A DNA stretch of 63,851 nucleotides, filler included, from Bigelowiella natans CCMP2755 (lineage: Eukaryota > Protista > Cercozoa), in the NCBI GenBank assembly GCA_000320545.1. It is 10 parts of 10 records of this genome, joined end to end, with 100 filler letters (N's around TTAATTAATTAA, not from the genome) between each part and the next. Parts side by side here need not be neighbours in the genome. Positions count along the whole stretch, not along the records: positions 12,144 to 25,642 come from ADNK01000009.1; positions 25,743 to 43,622 come from ADNK01001497.1; 8 more parts are not named here. One strand, 5' to 3'. This document shows positions 12,172 to 25,779 of the stretch, piece after piece. A program made the position numbers and the translations under genes. A model generated the notes under the pieces. The model did not search any database and was not told the DNA's origin. It saw nothing but the letters and a program-made list of their open reading frames with translations. How positions within the stretch are numbered: position 1 is the first letter of the stretch; every line of letters starts with the position of its first letter.

Positions 12172-12889
12172 GAGGGGTGAGTTGCATGCCAGAATGATTC
12201 CCCTGCACTGTTGTGCGATGCACGCGATGGATCACGTGTTCAGAGATTCAATCCCATGCCCGTCTGGCAGCCGTGGTGTGACAATTGCAATGGCGTGCTA
12301 GCGTGTTCTGTGATGCAGTTTCCCGTCTAGCCATTCTGCACTCCTCAATGATCAAGGTCTCAGCATCTCAATTTTCCCTGAGCTGGCGCGTTGAATGACC
12401 CTTTCAACCGCTCCATTGGAATCTGTCGCTCATTCACACTGGAAGACGTGCGCGTTCATCTCCCAGACTAGCAAGCGTTCCTTGCTAGTGGTCTTGCTGA
12501 TGAAGGGCACACGAGGTTGAGTCAGCGTGTCCCACGATCCTTTCAGCTGCGCCACTGGAATCACTTTGCTCAATCAATCATTCGTTCAAGGTGTGGAAAT
12601 GTTCCAACTTGCACGGTCACAGCCAATCTAGCAAGCAACCTGCAGGGCCCTTCAAAAGACACCTCGCACTCTTTCCGGTTCTCGCTGGCTTGGGATTGCA
12701 TTGCCTCCGAACGTGACTCTGGCTGCAGCCTCTTCGTGCAGGTCTAGAAGTCTGTGAACACCAGCAAGAACCTGCATGCAAGTGATTGATGCCAATGAAC
12801 TGTTTGCGCATGTCCAGCTAGCAGATGTCAGAAGACATTCTCTGTTCCTCGAGTTTGAGGGCGACGGCCGAACCCCAGCAGCCCAGCAG
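12172..12889. other. TpA-erased island (TpA survives only in CTAG)
   Basis: By eye, only 7 TpA in 718 bp, all within CTAG (12298, 12327, 12468, 12485, 12628, 12744, 12818). CpG is still frequent. Confidence 0.9.
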
Positions 12890-13430
12890 TATTCTTCAGA
12901 AATAATTTGTCGGGTAGCAAAAGAACTTCCGACAGAACCTTTTCCAAAAGTCCCGCCAAAACTAAGGACATCTGTTCGTATCTAGATTCTTGGCGATTCA
13001 ATGGCTGCGTCTTCCAAATAGATCAATCGCAGAGCAGAAAAGCCAAACTCGAGCTGGCGCCCTTCCAGAAAGCAGTAACATCTTTCAAAATAGGACCTTC
13101 TCATTCAGTAACGACATCATATTATTATTGTCATAGGCCCTAAATGCGAATCGAAAATTCAAGTTGCCACACGCGGATTGCAAAGGACACACTCTCCCGC
13201 CGCCTCGCGCTGGTTCATCCTTTAGAGACTCTTTTTTAACGGAAGGTGTCGTCTGGGGTGACTTTAGAGAATGCGATATCTAGACGACTGTAGTACGAAC
13301 AGTTTCCGTTTGAATAACCCTTTTGATGTGGCAGGGATTACTTTCAGTTGTTGGTAAAGCTCACATCGATTACTTTTCTCGTCACCCTTTTTATTTGATA
13401 GGACCCGATCAAGCAAGGCATAATCGAGCA

Positions 13431-15649
13431 ATGTCCAAGGTAGACAAAGGACTTTTTTGGTCTCGCCTAAAGCGAATTTTTGACCATTGGGCTAAGGGTG
13501 GTAAACCATGGGGAGGCGGAGCGGATGCTATCATCGTCAACTATGGAAAGGCGAATGAGAACGTACTCTACAGCCGCACGTCTGCAATTCACCTATTTCT
13601 TTTTGGGTACGAATTCCCCGATACAGTTCTTGTTCTTACCAAGGGCAAGCTGACCATACTGTGCAGCAGCTCGAAAGCAAAATATCTAGATAGCCTTGGC
13701 AGTGAGAATAGGGGCATCAAGCTGGAGATAATGATCCGAAACAAGGAAGATAAGAATGCTGCCAATTTTGCGAAACTATTAAAGGCCATTAAAGGAAGCA
13801 ATCAAGGATCGCTCCTTGGTTGGATTCCTAGCGAGACTCAGAATGGTAAATTTATTGCGCGGTGGAATCAGGCGTGGCAGGAGAACGGTATGAAGCAAGT
13901 AAATGTCTCAATGGGGTTTGGGCGTGTCATTTCTGTAAAGGATGCGGCAGCGCAAAAGAACACTGAACGCGCCGCTAAGTTCGCTGCTTCGGTTTTCAAA
14001 AAAAAGCTAACCGAAGACGTCCTCGATGCCTTAGAAGAAAACAAGGTAATATCGCACCAAAAGCTTTCTGACGATGCTGCTGAGTGCTTCAACGATCCGA
14101 TCAAATGGGACAAGTCAGGCAACCTCGCACCTGACGATATTGAAATCTGCTACGATCCCTTGATTATGAGCGGGGGACGATATGACCTCAAAGCTAGCGC
14201 CACCCTGGATGATAAGAAGCTCGACACCGGGAAAGAGGCTGTGATCCTCTGCAGAATGGGCGCGCGATACCGTTCCTTCTGCTCGAACCTGGCCCGAACT
14301 TACTTCATAGAACCCTCGGTCGAAATGGAGAAAAATTATGGAGTTCTTACTCAGGTCTTTCTTGCATGTAAGAAAATTATTCAGCCGCAAAGCAAGATCA
14401 GCAAGATCTATGAAACGGCTCTTGGGACTATCAAGCGCGCAAACCGAAGCCTCCTCCCCCACTTTGTCGGATGCGGCTTTGGGATGGGGTTGGAGTTTCG
14501 GGAGAAGAATCTAGTTCTCAATCAAAAGAACCACCAGCAGTTGAAGTCAGGAATGGTGCTCAACTTTAGTATCGGGTTCAAGGATCTTAAGGATAGGAAA
14601 AGTGGGAAGCCTTACGCAATGCAGATAGCGGACACGTACCTTGTTACTTCTGAGGAGGCTGATGGCCACAAACTCCTGACAGTTGTACGCCGTGGTTGGG
14701 AAAATGTCGCCTTTAGAGGAAATGGAGACGAAGACGAAGACGAAGACGAAGAGCTCGATACAAAGCAGCAAGCAGCTACACTCAGTCACTATGAGCGGCG
14801 GAGGCAAAATAGGGAAAAAGAAGAAAGGGCCACTCGAGAGGCCGCCGTACGCGAGAAAGAGATGCGCCAACTTGCCAAGAGGAAGCAGGAGGAGCTGCTC
14901 AGGAGACTTGCCAAAGACGGTATTACTCATTTTTTTAAATTTCTAGAAGCGATGGTAGTCTTGCTCATATTTTCTGCCCCAACTCACGACAAAAAAGGCT
15001 GCTTTCGTCAAGAACTAGTTTTAGAGAATATTACAATATTTTCGTCATTCCCAGTGAGTCATATATTCAAGTGTTCGATTCCTACTATCTTTTAATGCAT
15101 GTAGATTTCTGCTGTTGATTTGTATGCACACGATTAGTTGCTCTATTGTGCGGTGAGTCAGCCGTAAACATTCCTCCTCCACTTCAGGCGTGCAGGATAA
15201 CTTCAACGAGGAGAAGAAGTTCGATTACAGCAAAATCAATTCGTACAAATCTGTGTCCGACTTCCCGTCACAAGCACGTCCAAACCAACTCTACGTCGAC
15301 ATACGAAAGGAAACCATTTTGGTTCCCATTTTCAAGCAGCTAGTTCCGTTCCACATTAGGTAAGTAAAAACCAGCAACGCTCCCCTTTCTGTAGCCGCAA
15401 ATGTAGTAGTAGTAGTAGTAGTAGTAGTAGTATCAATTGTAGTAGTATTGGTAGTGGTGGTGGTAAAGTAAGGGGCAGTAGCGCAGAGAAGAATGATCTC
15501 AAAGAAACCTTTTTGAGCATATGGAGCCACCAATAATAATTGTCACAAAAGAGTCGTAATTACTGGCACCGCGGCAACTGAATAAATCCCCCACAACAAC
15601 CCATAATGTTGTCTCCTCCTCCTCCTCCTCCTCCTCCTCCTCCTCCTCG

Positions 15650-15680
<31 letters not shown>

Positions 15681-17444
15681 CATCGTTCTAATGTTCGATG
15701 CAGTACCATTCGAACGGTCTCAAAGCAAGAAGAAGGTGGTAATCTGATCCTCCGCTTGAACTTCGCGACACCCAACATGAAGTTCAAGAGCCGCAACGAC
15801 TACATTCACGCGGTCCCACAGAACAAGCACTTTATCCAAGAGCTAACATTCAAGGTAGTTGCTGTGGTAGTTGTTGTTGGTAGTAGTGGTAGTAGCAGTA
15901 GTAGTAATAGTAGTTGTAGCTATTGTTTTGGTCAGCAGTTTATAATGATTCGTCCATCGTCTGCGACGGTTTCCCGATGATGCGATTTGGTGCGATGTGA
16001 TGTGATTTGAGCATCGCCCCTGCGACATGATTAGATCACTATAGGGCTATTAAATCTATTCGTTTCACCCCTCTCCCTCTCACCATTTTTCTTTTAAACT
16101 CAATCCTTCTTGCACTCCTTGCACAACACCACCTCTGTCAACTTTTCCTCCTCCTTTCTCCTCCACCCTCCATCACTACTAAAAGGCACCGGCGGGCCAC
16201 CACGATAATCTGGAGAGGTCATACTTCGGCATCCAGGAGTTGCGCAAAAGAGTCAAGAACCGTATCAAAGAAAAGGAGGACAAACGATCGATTGTGGTGC
16301 AGAAGGAGCTCAGGGTACTACGAGGAGGGGGGGCGAAGCTGAGGGATCTCTCTGTGCGGCCTCCTTTGACTCGAAGAAAGAGCACGGGAGTCTTAGAAGC
16401 GCACCAGAACGGGCTGCGGTTCAGTTCCCATCGAGACGGCATCAAGATTGACATAATCTACGAGAACATCAAGCACGCGGTTTTCCAGAAGGCCGATAAT
16501 ATGAGCACGGAGGTCCGCATGCACTTCGAGCTAGTCAACCCGATCATGGCGGGCAAGAAGAAGACCAACTTCTTCCAGTTCTACGTCGAAGTTGTGCAAA
16601 GCTCCCAGGATTTGGGCCATGGCTCTCGCTGGCATGACCGCGATGGAGTCCTTGAGGAGCAGGAGGAGAAACGAAGGAAAAGGAGGTACAACAAGCTATT
16701 CTTCGACTTCAAGAACAAAGTCAGCCAGATCTCCGAGAAGTTCAGCAAAGACCGTGATATGAAGATTGAGTACGAGGAGCCGTTCAAGCAGATTGCTTTC
16801 AAGGGCGTCCCTGGTAAAGAACAAGTCTCCATCATTCCCACACAGAACCTGCTAATAGCTCTCGATGATAAGCCGCCCTTTGTGCTAACAATCGATGAGG
16901 TGGATCTCGCCGTCATGGAACGCTGTCGATTTGGGCTGCGCGAGTTCGACATTACGTTTGTATTCAAGGACTTCTCCAAAGCCCCCCTGAGCATCTCCGC
17001 CATTCCAAAAAAGAAGCTCGACAGCATCAAGAACTGGCTCAGGACCCTCAACATCTTGCACTACGAAAGGCGCGACGCTGTCAACTGGAAGAAGCTAATG
17101 AACACGATTCGGGAAGATCTCAAACTCTTCGCCGAGAATGGGGGATGGCTAGGCTACTTCGATCCCCAAAATGATGACGATGTCGTTAATTATTTGACGC
17201 ATATCATAGTAGTTAGTCCTGCCTGCTTATGGTGGTGGTGGTGGTGGTGGTGGTGGTAGAGGTTGTGGTGGTGAACGATGATAGAGTGAGAGCTAAAACT
17301 ACGAATGATGATGCTTCAGGAATCGGACGAGGAAGACCCGGCCAGTGAGTTCTCTTCTCCTGATGAGGAGGAGTATTCTGAGGAGGATGATGAGTATGAG
17401 TCAGCGTCCGACGAGGTAGTATTAGTAGTACTACTACTGTGACC

Positions 17445-17494
<50 letters not shown>

Positions 17495-17604
17495 AAGAGA
17501 GGGGGGGGGGGGGGGGGGGAGATCTGTAGGCTTCCTCATCCTCCTCCTCCTCTTCCTCCTCCTCCTTCTCCTTTTCGTCGAATCACATAAATACATGCAT
17601 ATAA

Positions 17605-17649
<45 letters not shown>

Positions 17650-17920
17650 CACATATGCTACTACTACTACTACCACTACTACTATACGACTACAACTACT
17701 GCGTTTTGGGATAATAATAATAACATTAATAAGATTCGTCGAAGAATACCAACCAACCAATCAGGTGGACGAGGAGGATGATGATGATGAATATGATGAG
17801 GATAGTGAAGAGGAAGGCGAGAGCTGGGAGCAGCTCGCCAAGAATGCCAGCGAGCACGATCGCAGGCGAAATAGGGAAGATAATGAATATAGAGCAAGTG
17901 TCAAACGCCGAAGGAAATAG
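13431..17920 (+). CDS. SPT16: FACT complex subunit SPT16
   Basis: Exon 1 (13431-14919) is the aminopeptidase-P-like N-domain (YSRTSAIHLFLFGYEFPDTV, GARYRSFCSNLART, GFGMGLEFRE). Later exons: ETILVPIFKQLVPFHI, LRLNFATP, GVLEAHQNGLRF, IYENIKHAVFQ, FQFYVEV, ERCRFGLREFD, VNWKKLMNTI, GGWLGYF; acidic tail ending GESWEQLAKNA...KRRRK*. Confidence 0.97.
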
Positions 17921-18049
17921 ATGATAGCAGAATCAACAATTATGATTATGATGATGATGACGACGACGAAGAGATTAGTCAGGATATCAGAACAATAACG
18001 CACCGACGCGTGCATGACGATAATCACAAACTCACAAACACGGCACACA

Positions 18050-18620
18050 CAGACAACATACACAATCAAATAGAACATATTGTTTAGCTCTTTGCGGCAC
18101 ATGCCACGTGCATAGATGCTTACAATTATTCATGTAGAAATTCCACAAATATCAAGCTACTGCACCTTATTGAATCATTCTATTCATACATGGTACATAA
18201 TAATAAAGTATGCCATTATTATGTGACGCTCCCTTGCGCATGGTGCGCTGTTGGTTGATTGTATGCGCACATGTGGTCATGCATGATGCACAGCTGTGTA
18301 CGCACACGGCGCCATCATCGCATAATAATGCTAGCTTCACGTGCAAAATGCCTGACCGTATTTCATATGTCTCACACTAGCTAAGGATGGCTATTGAGCA
18401 AATTTAATTCAATTGATTACATTCGTCTTACTTCATTCCCTAGTTCCACTAGCTAGCTAGTCTAGAACATATGTCCTACAATTTAGCTCAAAGTGACGTG
18501 CAGCTGCATGCTATAACATATCGCATCGCTACTAGTCATCCCAGACAGGCTAGTAGGGCATAAGCTTTTAGGAGTTTATCCGAAAGTTCATCTGAGAAAA
18601 TCATGTAGCGAGCTAGCAAT
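18050..18620. other. CTAG-rich / RY-alternating intergenic island between convergent genes
   Basis: Contains gtatgcgcacatgtggtcatgcatgatgcacag and ctagctagctagtctag, with about 10 CTAG in 18330-18620. TpA depletion is only partial. Lies between the SPT16 (+) and DEP-ankyrin (-) 3' ends. Confidence 0.6.
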
Positions 18621-18656
18621 TTAGGCTAACATGTACATCAAATCGACGAGTGAGGG

Positions 18657-18699
<43 letters not shown>

Positions 18700-18899
18700 C
18701 TAAATGTGTATCTCCCACTATCAGGGATCCATGGCAGAATATATGTAGCGTGTTCACTCTGATGACTGCGATACTTGAATTTATACCAATGGTAAATCAG
18801 GCAATGGCACAGGCTGCAACATTGCACATGCTTCTCGAGGGAGACCTCCTTATGCTACCAGAGCGTTCTTTTTCCTCCATAGCCGCTGATTTACCAAAA

Positions 18900-20948
18900 G
18901 TCCAAACAACGTATGCACATCATTTCTTCACCACATGAGCGAATATCAAGACCTTAGCACTTCCAATAATACCCAACATACCCTACTTTGTAAGCATGCA
19001 TGTGCACGTATGCACATAGCTAGCGGTGGTGCTGTTAGAGCCAGTACTCTTACTTCCATATATCACGATATCTGTTGATATTGATTACACTAGGACTTCA
19101 AAACTACAACCTTTCAGCCTTTGCCTGTCATTCTCTGGAAGGGACCGCAGCAATCTTGGAAGGAAGAGGAGGAGGCGGGGGAAAGGAGGGGGATGCACAA
19201 TCAAGCAGCCACCAGATATGTACGAAATTTGATGAAAAAAGGGTTAGTATGGAGGAGTAAACGCCGTAGCATATAAGAGATTCTTGTTGTAGGTTGACCT
19301 TTTCACCATCGAAGCCCTTCCGTTCCGCAGCGCTACGTCGACATCAGTAACGGAGACGCACACACCTTTCTCTAGTAGCATCTCCACAAAGCCTTTGTGT
19401 GTTGAAGCAGATTCAAACTCAGACAAAAGAGGACGAGATTCTACTCCTATCACAATACACGGGCTTTTCGATGATGATCATTATGGGGAAGAGCTTGCTT
19501 TTTGATGTTGATGTTGATATTGATGATGATGATAATGATAATTAATGATAATGATGAGTATATCGGCGATGACAACGCTCGTTCATGAAGAATCGCCACC
19601 ACAACTCACGCATAGCACACCTAAGTGGCCACGCTTGACTGCATGTTGGAGTGGGGTTAAACGCGACGACGACGACTGTGCAAGTTGGCGCCGACCTGTG
19701 ATTATTGTGTCGTTATTATTACTTACACATGGGTATTGCTTTGTTGTTAAATGATTCTTGCAATCACAATAGAACACATTGCTTGATGCCGACTTGCGTA
19801 TAAACGGTATGTGAGTTGTCAGATATGGCCATTCACATTGCAGAGATTCTTCATATGGATAAGACCCTCTTCTTCTCTCTCTTTCTCTCTTTTTCTCCCT
19901 CTTTCTGTCTTTCTTTTTCTCACTTTCATCAGAGATGTTGGGAGAACGATGATGACCAAAACGAATCCCCGGGATCTAGATACCCCAAGTATTAATGAGG
20001 AGGAGGAGGAGGAGGAGGAGGAACAGGAAATGCACAGAACAACAGGACAATAGAAAGCCCGTCCATCATCCATCTTCTCTTGTGGGAGTGCAAACCACAA
20101 CTAGGGGTCCTTTTCAGCCCGGATTTATCATCAACACTCAATAATATTAGCAACCGAGCGGTGTATTAACAACAGATGCAGAAGAAGTGAAAGAAGAAGC
20201 AGAAGCAGAAGAAGAAGAAGAAGAAGAAGAAGAAGAAGAAGAAAGGCAGACGTAGCCATTTATGTTGTAAAGCAATGGTCTCCCTCATCATATCGTTGTC
20301 ATTCGTCTTTCTGTGTTTGAAACGTGAGGCAAATACCTTTAGGAGATGTCGTGCCGTACACATGCTATCATGCATCGCAGCGAGTTCCAAGGCGCTGTGG
20401 CCCTCCTCGTCCACCCAGTTAACCTTTGACATATGAATAGAACCGATTTCCATTACTCCGTCTCACTTGAATATACTATTACGATTAGTCATCATCAGCC
20501 CCCAATGAGTAGTACCCAGTCTTTGAGAGGTATTCGCAGCTGCCCTCCCCCTCCTCCTCCTCCTCCTCCTCCTCCTCCACGTCTGTTAATGCCATGCACT
20601 CCTACATCTGTGAGGGGGGGTGTATAAGGGAGAGTGAGATTGACACGGATAGTAGCTGCTGCTGCTGATGATGATGATACTTCTTTAGCTACTTCTATAG
20701 GAATTATGGTGTGTATATCATCCTAGCGCTACCACTGCTGGTATAGTCTACTATGTCGTCAACCTTCCTCCCCCCCCTCGTCATCGGTTGTTGCCGCCAC
20801 TGTTTTGAATCCATTTAGGTGGTATTTCACCAAAAATCGCACTATGCTGTGGAGCATTATATGTGGGTGTAAGCGAGAGATATATGCGGGGTGGGAGAGG
20901 GAACCAAAATAATGTACACACAAACACACACACACACACACACATACA

Positions 20949-20988
<40 letters not shown>

Positions 20989-21177
20989 ACAACCAGCTAA
21001 AAGGAACATCAGGGCTCAATTTTCTCTCTCTCTCTCTCCCTTATTGTGTTTCTCCTGCTACTACTAACACCTGTATCGATCGTATTTAGCTGCGATGTGT
21101 AGCATTGTGCGCATGCTTCTGTCCTTCGTGCTGAACAATGCGACACACGAGCATTCAGAGCCATATCGTACACACGC

Positions 21178-21221
<44 letters not shown>

Positions 21222-23434
21222 GGTACTAATGATTTGATACTTTACATATCACACGTCGATGATGATGATGATGATGATGATGATGACGACGACGTTAAAT
21301 AATCATAGGGTGATGATGATGATGATGAGAGGCGAGCACAAGGGGCTGATAATAATGAAGTCAATCAGATGCTAACGATGACAATGACGCTTTTCATTAT
21401 TTTCCGTGATGATTATGATGAGAGAGGCCACCATAATGCTAATCCGTTTTTGAGACTCAAGTCAACCAGCTGCCCCAGCAATGATGTATCTTCAGTCTTT
21501 GCGATGAAGCGCAGCAATGGCGACGGAGACGATATCGAAAGAGCAAGATAAAGAAAGAGCGGAAACAAAAGAGAGGAGAGGGGTTGAGAGAGGTTGGAAC
21601 AGGGTTACAACATGATGCCGTCGCCATCATCATCTTCATCATCTTCATCACCATCATCATCATCCTCAATAACATCATAGCCATCATCATTCATCGTCAT
21701 CACAATATCGGCATCCCCCCTCCTTCCCTCAGTGACGATATCATGATCGAAGCACACCTCATCGAGGAGAGTGCGGGCAGCATAGTGAAGACAGGTTTGA
21801 CCTGATTACAGTTTGCACAAAAAGTCAATTATTATCGTTCAAATGACGAAAGTAGCATAGGAAGGGGGGGAGGGAGATGCGAGGAAGCAAAGAACCCGTG
21901 TAACGACATGTACATGAGGGCAGATAATCACGCCGCAAACAGGGCAATTCGTGCAAGAAAAGGGATTAGTCTCAGGATCATAAAATTCGTTACCTTTGTG
22001 GTCTTTGATCTGAAGTCCAATTTGTTGTCGCACTTCGTCCGCCGTACTCGTCGTTTGCTTGTCGTATTTGCTAAATCTTTTCGATGGTGCACACACACGC
22101 GCAAGCACACACGTCATCGCATCTCTACTACATCCTTTCCTCAAAAAGCAAATGCAGACATGCAAGTATACGGTCTATCACTGATTTTGGTCAAAATCAT
22201 ATAAGATTCCATGATGGTCTCATTTCGCAATGAATCTTTTCCTATCTTCGTAGAGAGTCGTACATGTTACGATATACATCATTACTTGTGCTGCAGGATT
22301 TCCCGCACGGTTTCAGGATGGATGGGCGATTTGAGGAGAGCGACATGAAGAACCGTCTTGCCCAGCAGCAAAAGCGACAATTAATAAACAGTACATACAC
22401 GCTCAAACAAATCACAATCAGCATGCATCGTGGCCATTTGTCTCAGGTAGGAGATAAAGGTACTACCTGGCCAAGATCATTAAGTTCGTTTCCATGGAAA
22501 TGGGGGCTGCTTAGGAGGCGCGACAAGACTGAAGACTGATGGTGAATCGCCGCAATATGGAGGCAAGTGTTCCCTGAGCGGTCGCAAGCTTGCATATTGC
22601 ATCCTTTTCTCAGTAGCAGCTCGATCACGGGCCAGAACCCCTACAAAGAAACACACACGCACACGCACATGTCCATGTTTATGGTAATAATATTTTATTC
22701 TTAAAGCAATTTCTGTGCTTTCGAAGCTTCCACGATGCAAGCTCATATCATCTCACGTTTGCGCACGCGTAGTGCAAAGGCGTAAAGGAGCAGATCGTGT
22801 CCGTTGAGTCCAGGAACGATGTGACACTTCTATTCATCACTTGATTCTCTGGGTACTGCCGCAATATTGCTTCGCAGATCTTAGCATTTCCTGCGTGTGA
22901 TAAATTTGCACGATGTGAGCCCTTGCTTGTCATCGTCGTCGCCGTCATTATCATCATTTGTAATGCGTCCACACACTATCACACTTCACACATGATCGCA
23001 CTCCACACACACGCACACATACATAACGTACACACACACCAGTCTTTGCAACGAGATGCAGCGGGGTAGTACCGTCCTGGTGAGTTGTCAAAACAGACGA
23101 TAACATCAAACACAAGACGATAGAGACAAAATGTTTTTGTCCAACTGGAGCGCATGAAACAGTCTTATGAGAAAATCAAAAACGTTGTGTAAAATTTGAC
23201 ATTGTTATACTATAGCACGACGTTCGCAAATGTGCATTTCATTTAATTTTCGTCAATGTGCTAATTGCCATTATCAACCGGGAGCCGTTCGTTGATACTG
23301 GCGATAGAAGAAGAAGACGAAGAAGAAGAAGAAGAAGAAAGAACGCGCGACACCTCCGAAAGGGAACCCTCTGATCATAAGATGTCCCGTTTATGCATAG
23401 ATTAGTAATTAAGTACAACGCATATGTCGATCTC

Positions 23435-23491
<57 letters not shown>

Positions 23492-23506
23492 CTTCTCTCT
23501 CCGTGA

Positions 23507-23542
<36 letters not shown>

Positions 23543-24555
23543 ATTACTGCTAAGACTCGAATATCCACAGATTATTATAGGACACTACTACTACTACTAC
23601 TACATCATCATCATCATCTTCTTCTTCTTCTTCTTCTTCATCCTCATCTTCTTCTTCTTCATCATCATCATCTTCTTCTTCTTCTTAAAAACCAACTGAA
23701 TATTCGAAATTTAACACTACTTGCAACTGCCACGCAGAGAGGAAATTTGTCATCGATATCGCTTACCCCCCCAGCAAAGTTTTCAACTACATTTTTCTTT
23801 GAATGACCATTTTCTCTAACTTTATCGTCCAAAGTAAAGCGCTCTCCCGTTATATGATTGTTTTTCCTGTTCCTAATACTAGTGTGTTTATGGCTGCTGA
23901 GGAAGGATGAAGCTTGGTTGTTTTGTCCCGAGGGCATTGCATCCTCCCCTCTTTTGGAATCCGCCTTGATTCTCCACTGGCTGGGGCTTTTATTTTGGTT
24001 GTTAGTATGAAAATCCATTGGCGGAGTGCGATAGACGTTCCCTGTTGCATCAACACGGTCAGTATTACTCTGGTTTTTGTTCTCTTCGCCAACGTCCGGC
24101 ATGATGTCCTTCTGCGTCGTTCTGTTTCTAGTCTGAAGCATTCCACTCCTTTGACTTTTCGAGGACAAATCTTGTTTACCAGTATATTTAGAAGCGGATA
24201 TTTTCCCAGTAATAAGCTCGTAGAACAGATATCCATCCTGGTTTTGTTCACAATTTCAGCAGGATGTAGCGCGGACACGAGGCAAATAAATTGGACTGAG
24301 AGGAAGAAAGAGTACCTTAAATTCGTGATGGTCATGCACATGATGAAGGAATCCTGCATCTAGAAGTTTATTTCCGAGGATAACTGCCCCAATCCGTGAA
24401 TTTGAAAGACCGCGCTTGACCATAAAGTCAACGGCCTTGCTCCCGATAAAAACATTGTAGTAGGGCCGCCAGCGATGCAAAATTACAGACTCCACTACAT
24501 TCTCACGTATCAGTTGAGCCACTTGTCGAAGTTTTTCCTCTAATTCAGGGTCCAT
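18900..24555 (-). CDS. DEP-domain + ankyrin-repeat protein, multi-exon (3' end uncertain)
   Basis: N-terminal DEP domain: HRWRPYYNVFIGSKAVDFMV...AVILGNKLLDAGFLHHVHDHHEFK|DGYLFYEL. Ankyrin exons: DGTTPLHLVAK, FTPLHYACAN, VIELLLRKGCNMQACDRSGNTCLHIAA, RTMLHIAAKY, DEEGHSALELAA, LTPLQHAVKRGH, FVEMLLEKG. Confidence 0.85.
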
Positions 24556-24936
24556 GTGTCATTCACTTTTCTGGGCAATGTATTAAAACAAGCGGTAAGG
24601 GGGAGGGGACTAAATCCGATTCAAATTTCGAATTTTTCTTCTTCCTCGTTGTGCCGTCCTCACAGAGTTTTTGTTCCGCGTCAAGGCGATTTGATGACGC
24701 AGGACCAAAATCTCACTCCACATACCTTGTCGCAAAGCAGAAAAAGAGCCCTCAAAATTTCTTGAAGTACTTTGTTGCTCGGTATTCCTCTAAAGTCCTC
24801 TTAATTTATCTTTCGGGTACTTTTATAGTCGCAGGGCAAAAGAACCCTTCATTTCCTAGGATTTATTGGATTCGTAAAATTCGATATCTACGTCGGAAAA
24901 CAATCTTCCCCCACCCACCCTCTCTTCAAGTTACAG

Positions 24937-25642
24937 ATGTCAGCGCAAGATGGGCAGCAGACCGTCACGGTCAACGATGTCATTACTCAAGCGAAGGTGA
25001 TTTTTTATTGAAGAGGAAAATGCTAGAATAGATCTCATGCTTTGAAGTAAATGAATACTCGGTAGGGGTCATCAAGAATGACAAGTTAAACAAGTTATTT
25101 ATTATTCCTCTACTTCATGATAGCTTTCGAAATTCCAAGAGCCCCTCGAGAAGGCTGGTTACAAGATGGGCGACGAAGCGAAAGGCGGGTTGCTTAAGCT
25201 TAGCCAAGAGGAACTCGAAGGGCTTGCATTAAAGTGCGAGATGAAGCCTGGGCACCGTGCACGCTTTGTCCGGGCGTGTAGAGAAATGAGAATTAAGGTG
25301 GTTGCGATCACAATGCGGTTATGATAAGAACATACCTGTACGTGGTCGTCAGACACTGATGCTCGTTCACCTTCTACAATTTTGCGCTTCTTTCCCGCGT
25401 CCGTTTTGACAGACTGGTCTCGAATTGACTGAAGAACAGGCGAAGGAAAATGAGGAACTTTTCCTGGTAGATTCACAAGAGAATCGACAAATCAACATCA
25501 TACTGAACGCAATTTGGAGCAGATATGAGATCCTTCACGTCCCCCCCCCCACCCCACCTGTGATAGTAGATGGTTGCGCAAGCATCATCCACAAGAGTGC
25601 GAAAACCGTTGATGGCAAACTATTTCGCTGCATACCAAGATT
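24937..25642 (+). CDS. SAM-domain-containing protein, 5' fragment (cut by gap)
   Basis: Putative exon 1 MSAQDGQQTVTVNDVITQAK. Exon ~25123-25297 reads LSKFQEPLEKAGYKMGDEAKGGLLKLSQEELEGLALKCEMKPGHRARFVRA, resembling the SAM consensus (LL.L..EDL..L...K.GHR). Confidence 0.6.
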
Positions 25643-25779
25643 NNNNNNNNNNNNNNNNNNNNNNNNNNNNNNNNNNNNNNNNNNNNTTAATTAATTAANN
25701 NNNNNNNNNNNNNNNNNNNNNNNNNNNNNNNNNNNNNNNNNNGCCTTTCCCCCCCCCCCCCCCCAGGCACACCCCCACA

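Noticed and set aside
12172-12889. CpG-methylation decay or fungal-type RIP as the cause of the TG/CA-rich islands
   Set aside because: CpG and GCGC remain common and TpA is lost rather than gained.
13323-13430. N-terminal extension of the SPT16 ORF from a TTG/ATG upstream
   Set aside because: Homology begins at MSKVDK (13431). The ORF's tail after 14919 is intron read-through.
6345-24555. G-alpha plus DEP-domain gene as a signalling cluster
   Set aside because: They are separated by a contig linker and unrelated genes; no evidence of functional clustering.
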